The position numbers and the translations under genes were made by a program. A DNA stretch of 64,000 bases from Eledone cirrhosa (taxonomy: Eukaryota), in NCBI GenBank assembly GCA_964016885.1, contig CAXHJY010001399.1, forward strand, positions 1-64,000. The letters are read 5' to 3'. The notes below the pieces were generated by a model. It worked only from the letters and a program-made list of their open reading frames with translations. It did no database searches and was not told where the DNA came from. Shown here one piece after another: positions 57,225-64,000 of the stretch; position 1 is the stretch's first letter, and the number at the start of each line of letters is the position of its first letter.

Positions 57225-57225
<1 letters not shown>
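56127..57225 (-). mobile_element. Penelope-like (Neptune-type) 3' fragment: Cys linker + GIY-YIG endonuclease + 3' UTR
   Basis: PCSRPR*NTC, FTCTSTHVVYTLRCSLCGSLYIGQTGRRMADCFAEHLRD..EESLIHRLGS. Confidence 0.9.
56182..56217 (-). ncRNA. Minimal hammerhead in the PLE 3' UTR
   Basis: Minus: TCTT-CTGATGA-ACGAC(TAGC)GTCC-GAAA-TG-TT-AAGA. Confidence 0.7.
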
Positions 57226-57259
<34 letters not shown>

Positions 57260-57264
57260 CATAC

Positions 57265-57292
<28 letters not shown>

Positions 57293-57296
<4 letters not shown>

Positions 57297-58826
57297 TAAT
57301 GAAAAAGAACAAAGGAACTATTATGACATTATAACAAGTTTATTGCCGACAGCCGTTTCGTCCGACCATATGGTGGGACTTTTCAAGGCATATAACATGT
57401 GATTGTAAGTTCATTATTTACATCAACGTATCACTCAAGGCTAGCAGTTTGAAATTGTGGTATACATCAGCAGCTCCGCTTATATATTTGGGGTCTATAT
57501 TCTAAGGGGGCTCTTTTATATTAGTTGTCCGAATTGTAAAAGGGATGGGTTATGGGGAGTTAAGAGAATTTGAAAAGGGCCTAAGAGTCAGGGATTGAAG
57601 GTCAAAAATTAGATAATTTATAATTTACGCATTAAAAGTAAAAGACTTGGGATCTCGTAGAAGCACCTTAAAAAATCCCTCAATAAGTGCATAAAGCTTA
57701 CAAGCCCCAATAAACTTAACAAACTAGAAGAGATTAAGAGACTAATAAAATAAAAAAATAAAAATATAAAGTTTCCCTAAAAAAATATAAAGTTTCCTAA
57801 GAAATTCCTTCGAGAGAAAAAAAATTTTTTCGAAAGAGAAAAACTTTCTTCCCCAGAGATCACGTTAAAAAATTTCAGAAAATTTACGAAGTTTTGATAA
57901 TCCCTACTAAGTTGAAAGAAACTAATCAATTAAAGGTTAATTCAAAAAGTCTTCAATAAACCCATCAGAAAAGGCCCCTTTAATATTTTTAATAGGAACC
58001 TCATCCGAGAGACCCTTCGAAGAATTAAAATTTTAGAGAGCCTTTAAGGATATATATAAACGAATTGAGGAAAATTATAAATTAAAAGTTAAAATTTACG
58101 GTATTTGGGATATCCGATGAATTTTCAAAGGGCTGCTTCAACAGATACAACTTAGGTATAATAGATAAAGTAATTTAAGTAATTTAAGTAATTTAATTAG
58201 GGAGCAATTCAAAGAGCTTATCAAGTTGGGCAAGATTAAAGAAAATGATAAGTAAGAAAATACATAAGCAAAAAGACAATAATTATAAAATGTTTTTTTA
58301 AAAGACAATAATTATAAAATGTATTTTCGAGAAGGTATAAGGTAGCTTCAGTAATCTATTAATGTACTATCAAAAAATTATTATAAAATTATTATAAAAT
58401 TATTATAAAATTATTATAAAATTACTATAAGATTACTATAAAACTATTGATACAGGATTAAAAAATTATTATAAAATTATTATAAAATTATTGATACAGG
58501 ATTAACAAAGACATAATAATATATTCCTGCCAATTAACAAATAATCAATAAACAATTAACAGTCAATCAAAATTAGCTCAGGGATATCCCGCTCTCGGAT
58601 ACTTTACACACATACAGCAACACATATGATTAACAAAGACATAATGGTCGGACGAAACGGCTGTCGGCAATAAACTTGTTATAATGTCATAATAGTTCCT
58701 TTGTTCTTTTTCATTAATATTTCTGCTCTGTTTATACGCATAGAGCTTAACTAGCTACCGTCGCATATTTGGTAGGTCAGACGAGATCATCGCGATTCAC
58801 ATACGACCTACCATACATCTTGCTTA
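57293..58826. mobile_element. Fold-back PLE remnant: arms 57293-57369/58644-58720, ~1.27-kb spacer, right tail
   Basis: Inverted repeat covering the hammerhead 3' half; TA both sides. Confidence 0.75.
57344..57390 (-). ncRNA. Hammerhead, U3-A8 variant
   Basis: Minus: TGCC-TTGAAAA-GTCC(CACCATATGGTC)GGAC-GAAA-CGGCTG-TC-GGCA. Confidence 0.85.
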
Positions 58827-58839
58827 TATATATATATAT

Positions 58840-59303
58840 CTAAGGCGGGTAAAATTCCCGAGATCCATGGACGAGTTCTCTCCAGCGGTCTCTGTCCCTC
58901 ATTATCGCTGCCATGTCCCGCGTCTCCAACAGACCAGTGTCTGTCCTTAGGGCATCAACATACGTTAACCTTGGTCTTCCTCTTCCAGTGTGTCCATGTA
59001 GGGGCTCCCACAGGAGCACTGAGTGCAAAGTCAACTCGTAAAGACCTGAAAATCCGCCTCTTCATTGCTGCAGTGGAGTCTGTGCTGCTGTACGGGTCTG
59101 AGACTTGAACACTGACCAAGAAACTCACTCAGATGGTGGATGGGTGCTACATGAGAATGGTGAGGATGGCTCTGAACATTAATCTGTATACACTGAGGAT
59201 GAAAAACTCAGAGCTGTATGGGAGCCTCCCAAAAGTCAGCTCAAAAGTGACACAGAGGAGACTGGGGTTAGCTGGACATGCTCACCGACATCCAGAGTTG
59301 ACA
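58840..59303 (-). mobile_element. RTE LINE 3' fragment with 5' inversion
   Basis: Minus 58840-59037 LLWEP.HG..GRGRPRLTYVD; plus 59038-59303 VESVLLYGSET..RRLGLAGHAHRH. Confidence 0.85.
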
Positions 59304-59621
59304 TATATAAAACTGGAACGGGAACAAAAACAGAGAGGCAGTACAAACAAAGGTTTACTAGTTTCACGCTCTTTTGTGTGTGTGTGGGGGGGCTACATAG
59401 TCTCTTCCATCATAATATATAAACTTAACTCTCTATATTATAATATATACACACATCTCTCTATATTATGAAATATAAACATCTCTCTCTCTCTCTATTA
59501 TATATATATTAGTAAAAGGAAAAGAAAATGCTGACAAATTTTTCCCAGTGAAAAATAGTTTAATTAGGAATAAGTATAAATTAGTAATAAGTATTGGTTA
59601 CTATTCAGTTTTGGTTTTAAG

Positions 59622-59661
59622 TTATTACCGGTTGCGCATTTCTAATGCTTTTCAAAAATAA
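59622..59661 (-). ncRNA. Hammerhead U3-A8 variant, GAAA mutated to GCAA
   Basis: Minus: TTAT(T)-TTGAAAA-GCATT(AGA)AATGC-GCAA-CCGG-TA-ATAA. Confidence 0.6.
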
Positions 59662-59679
59662 TTTTGAGATAGAGCGCCC

Positions 59680-60574
59680 GTTCCATGTATTTTATTATGC
59701 GCATTTCAAAAACAAATATCATCATGCGATGACATTTGCGTTTTCATCAGATAAAATAGGGAGACATGATATGAAGGTTAAAAAACACTTGTGAATAGTG
59801 CAGTTTTAAATCAACATATGAAAAGTAGTTTAAGATTGATGTGTGATATTGGAAAAAAATGAGGCGGGGGGGTGGAAAGGATGAAAAAGAGGAGAGAGGA
59901 GAGTAAATAATGGAGGGGGAGGAGTATAATAAACCTTAATTTAATATTATTCTTAATACATATCAACAATCTTAATACATATTAACAATTTCTTTTCATC
60001 GCACATATTATTTAACCCTTCAATATACAAACCTTAACTTAACATTATTCTTAATTTTTTTTCTCTTTATTATTTTTCAAATTATTTTAATCTACATATT
60101 ATCTTCCAACGGCTTTTTAACCTCTCTCTGTAAAACAATATATTTTTCTCAGTTATAAAGGCTATATCTCTCTTTCTATCACCCATCTCTCCTCCTATCT
60201 CATCCTTCCTTATTATACTCCTCCCCCTCCATTCTTTACTCTCATCTCCTCCTCTTTATCATCCTTTCCACCCCCCCCCTCATTTTTTTCCCAATATCAC
60301 ACATCAATCTTAAACTACTTTTCATATGTTGATTTAAAACTACACTATTCACAAGTGTTTTTTAACCTTCATATCATGTCTCCCTATTTTATTTGATGAA
60401 AACACAAATGTCATCGCATGATGATATTTGTTTTTGAAATGCGCATAATAAAATACATGGAACTCTTTTAACCATCTTTTGATCTTATATTATTTATACT
60501 CCAGTCCTACAAACTGTAGAGTGCTACTTATCCGATATCTGCATTGCTTTATTGTACTACAATAAAACTCACCT

Positions 60575-60577
<3 letters not shown>
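59680..60577. mobile_element. Fold-back PLE pLTR (arms 59680-59932/60210-60463 + tail); hammerheads at 59690-59756 (-) and 60387-60453 (+, C3 to T)
   Basis: Same family as 6088-6498 with longer arms. Confidence 0.85.
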
Positions 60578-60631
<54 letters not shown>

Positions 60632-60672
60632 AAATGAAAATCCGAAGGCAAGGTAAAATTCCAATCATTTAA

Positions 60673-60746
60673 TCACGACACATGTTTCAATAAGAGATAG
60701 ATCGATTGTGAAGCCACGATCGATTATCACTGATCTCATCAGGTGA
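60673..60746 (-). ncRNA. Type-I hammerhead with long stem II
   Basis: Minus: TCAC-CTGATGA-GAT..ATCGATCGTG(GCTT)CACAATCGAT..ATT-GAAA-CATGTG-TC-GTGA. Confidence 0.85.
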
Positions 60747-60891
60747 AAATGAATTCTCTTCAAATTCTTGATATGAGCTGTTCCCATGAATGGAATTGGA
60801 GATATACAAAAGCGTGGAGAACTTAATATTGCTAACATAAATTTATTGGACCATTTTACACAACCAATAATGCACCTTACTATATAACAAC

Positions 60892-60922
<31 letters not shown>

Positions 60923-60948
60923 GTATATATATATATATATACATATGG

Positions 60949-61557
60949 TGGTGGCTGCCAACTCGTTTTCGAGTACGGCCACTACTTTATATCCATGTAG
61001 GAGAACCCCTACCGATGCGCTGAACGAGTGTGACTTTTTAGTCCAGCCAGCGACTTGAAAACTCTGGTACAAACACTACACCTGTGACAATTACTGACAC
61101 ATAGTGCTGGGCCCATGGTACCATGTGACGACAAGTGCAGAGAGATCTCCAGATATAAAGCAATGCCTGTGCTGTGAAGCTTTTATAGTGAGCAAAGGCA
61201 CTGCACAAAGCCAGTCCCACTCTCTTAACCAAGATGATATTTACCAAAAAGAAGAACAAGTCAACATCATTGGATACCATCGGGGTTGCAGGTGTTATAT
61301 CAGAGTTTTCCTTCTCCTAGAATTCTGCCTTGACAAAGGCTAAGGGGTCATCTCTCCCGGTGATTTTGGAAGGCCATTGACTCTTAAGAGCGCTTTTGCC
61401 CTTTGACAGGTATTGTTTTTAGTCCTGCAGGATGTCCAAAGTCACCCTCCTCACCAAGAAACCTTGGTGGGGTTGCCAGTTTAGTCGCCAATGACCCGAC
61501 CATGAGACAGGTTGTACTGGGATACATGTTACCAGTAGCACCAACTGGTGACCTGAC
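60949..61557 (-). mobile_element. Full-length non-autonomous RTE element
   Basis: Reverse copy of 51657-52265. Confidence 0.9.
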
Positions 61558-61621
61558 ATACATATATATGTATATATATACATATATATGTATATATATA
61601 CATATACATATATATGTATAT

Positions 61622-61670
<49 letters not shown>

Positions 61671-61802
61671 TACACACATACATGTGTATATATATATATA
61701 TGTGTGTGTGTATATATGTATATATATGTATATATATATACATATATTGTTATACTTAGGGAGGATCATGTTGCTAAACAAATTCAGAAACGAAATATAT
61801 AC

Positions 61803-61861
<59 letters not shown>

Positions 61862-61870
<9 letters not shown>

Positions 61871-62279
61871 AGAAGCAAAAAATTGCTTATTGTGATCCAG
61901 TTCTTGGTTAAGAAAGCCAGTTTCATGGATGGTTTCAACGTACGGTTAGGGGTAACTCCACAAGTTTGTAAGAATTCCGTTCAATCTTGGAGTATAAAGT
62001 ATAAAAGAGAAAACACAGGTAAGCATTAAGAGAAGGATTTTATCCAGGTATTTACGACCGTTTCATTGGTAAGTGCAACCTTATATTGCTATACTGCAAA
62101 TAGCAGCAACTCAATTATAATTGTTGTTCACAGTCGAAATTTTCAAAATTTGGACTGTGAACAACAATTATAATTGAGTTGCTGCTATTTGCAGTATAGC
62201 AATATAAGGTTGCACTTACCAATGAAACGGTCGTAAATACCTGGATAAAATCCTTCTCTTAATGCTTACCTGTGTTTTC

Positions 62280-62288
<9 letters not shown>
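61862..62288. mobile_element. Fold-back remnant: 144-bp arms centred on 62144, left tail 61862-61999, hammerhead 3' half
   Basis: Near-perfect palindrome containing GAAACGGTCGTA-AATAC; TA both sides. Confidence 0.85.
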
Positions 62289-62342
<54 letters not shown>

Positions 62343-62421
62343 TATTTATATTTCATAATATAGAGAGATGTGTATATATACTATAATATAGAGAGTTAAG
62401 TTTATATATTATGATGGAAGA

Positions 62422-63062
62422 GACTATGTAGCCGGTCCCAGTAAAATAGACTCCCAGGCTATTTAACCGGTAAGAGTGTCAGACACCATGACTTGTGGAC
62501 CAAGTTAAGACAATTTGAAATCTTTACAACCATCAATTGTTAAAAAACAAGTTTAAATCATTTAGTCATCATATTATAATTCTGCTTGTGTTTCGTCCGT
62601 TTGTAACGTATGTTACACTTTAGTTACATACACACACGTCTACTGAGTTACATACACACACATCTACTGAGTTACATACACACACATCTACTGAGTTACA
62701 TACAGACACACAGCTACTGAGTTTTATGGCTTAAGAATTTTAGCAGAAAGTCACGACCTGGGTTAAAGATAGTAGTCATGACTTGGGTAAGTAGTCACGA
62801 CCTGGGTTAAAGATAGTAGTCACGACCTGGGTTAAAGATAGTAGTCATGAGTTCGGTAAGTAGTCACGACCTGGGTTAAAGATAGTAGTCATGACTTCGA
62901 TAAGTAGTCACGACCTGGGTTCTAAAACATTATTTATTATTTAGTGGTAAAATAAGTTTCCAAGACAGCCGGCTACTGTTGCGTCTTTTTAGAGTTTACC
63001 GGTAAAATAAGCTTTAAAAGCATGTTTTCTATTTTGCCGGGACCGGCTATGTAGCCTATTCC
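62422..63062. mobile_element. Compact copy (opposite orientation) of the array-carrying DNA element
   Basis: Reverse-complement similar to 15544-17927 with only ~4 units of the ~22-bp repeat. Confidence 0.85.
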
Positions 63063-64000
63063 TATTATGATCTGCTTTTTGTTTTAAGGATATGGAAAAT
63101 GTTAAACGACTTGAACGCTGTGTCTCTCATATGAGTGTCTCACTGAACTAGCTGGTCTTTCATCTTTCTACTTCTCTTGATGTCCTACTGAGATGTAAAT
63201 TTGGTATATAAATATTTAAGTAACAGATACACGTTCATGTTAATTTATATTTGATTCCTTTTGCTTTACTAATTACAGAAGTGCTTTGGCAGTATTGGGG
63301 AAATTATTTCAAAACAACCCTTTGGTTTCTGGTTCCACTCTTAAGGAATTTCATGCTAAATCGTTTTAACCCAGATGCTCGCAAATTGTAATTTTCCCTT
63401 GCTTATTCAAACTGAGACACACGGGGGATTTTCTCTCTACTAATAGTCATATCGAAACATTCTTAAAATATCTTCGGATAGTCGTGTAGGGTTATTACAA
63501 AGTAAGGAATTACATATAAAATTTATTTGAGCTTATCGGTAGAATGTTAACTGTCTCTTTCGTGATTAGAAAACATCACTAAAAGGAATAACTGAAAAGA
63601 AACTGGTGGAAAAAAATGTCTTGTTGATTCTCCGTGGTTTTGTAACGTTATGAAAGTTCAGCTGCGGATGGTAAATTATAATAACATTTGCTATGATGAA
63701 AATTCACTAGCTTCTCTGCCGTTTCGTGTTTTTTCATTAGCTTTTCTAGTTCAAACATTCCACTTCGTCAAGGCTGCGAGAAAGTAATTATTTACGAACG
63801 TGAAAGCAAATCTCTTGTCATTTAGGAATGACTACAAATATAGTTTGGGAAAGATATTTCGATTGCAGAATCTAGCAATTTAAGCAGTCACTACTTCTTC
63901 CCCTGTAACTTACAGAATTCTGTCACCCAAGCAAAAATGTAGTAAAAATGTTCTCACTGATACCCAGATGGCAAGACCAACTTAGCTCAGACTAAAGTCT

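Overview
Repeat-dominated eukaryotic (animal) genomic DNA with no supportable host protein-coding gene. The very high load of (TA)n, (CA)n and (TATG)n microsatellites and the SINE/LINE mix suggest a coleoid cephalopod such as Octopus (inference). Nearly all supplied ORFs are microsatellite artefacts or decayed retroelement fragments: Tx1/L1, RTE, R4/Dong, CRE and Penelope-like (PLE) RT/GIY-YIG. The strongest hidden signal is RNA-structural. By eye I find about 22 complete or near-complete minimal type-I hammerhead ribozyme (HHR) motifs from about 17 sequence families, plus several half motifs. Most have a palindromic stem III, and several carry a U3-A8 core variant. They sit in short PLE pseudo-LTR remnants embedded in (TA)n tracts. 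Many of these remnants are asymmetric fold-back palindromes (two inverted arms plus a one-sided tail), and the inversion point repeatedly falls in stem II of the ribozyme. Other signals are microsatellite-specific LINE targeting (TCTA for Tx1, CATA for R4/Dong), recurrent tail-to-tail pairing of R4/Dong with a non-autonomous RTE, and satellites born from transposon sub-segments. All coordinates and folds were read manually and may be off by a few bases.
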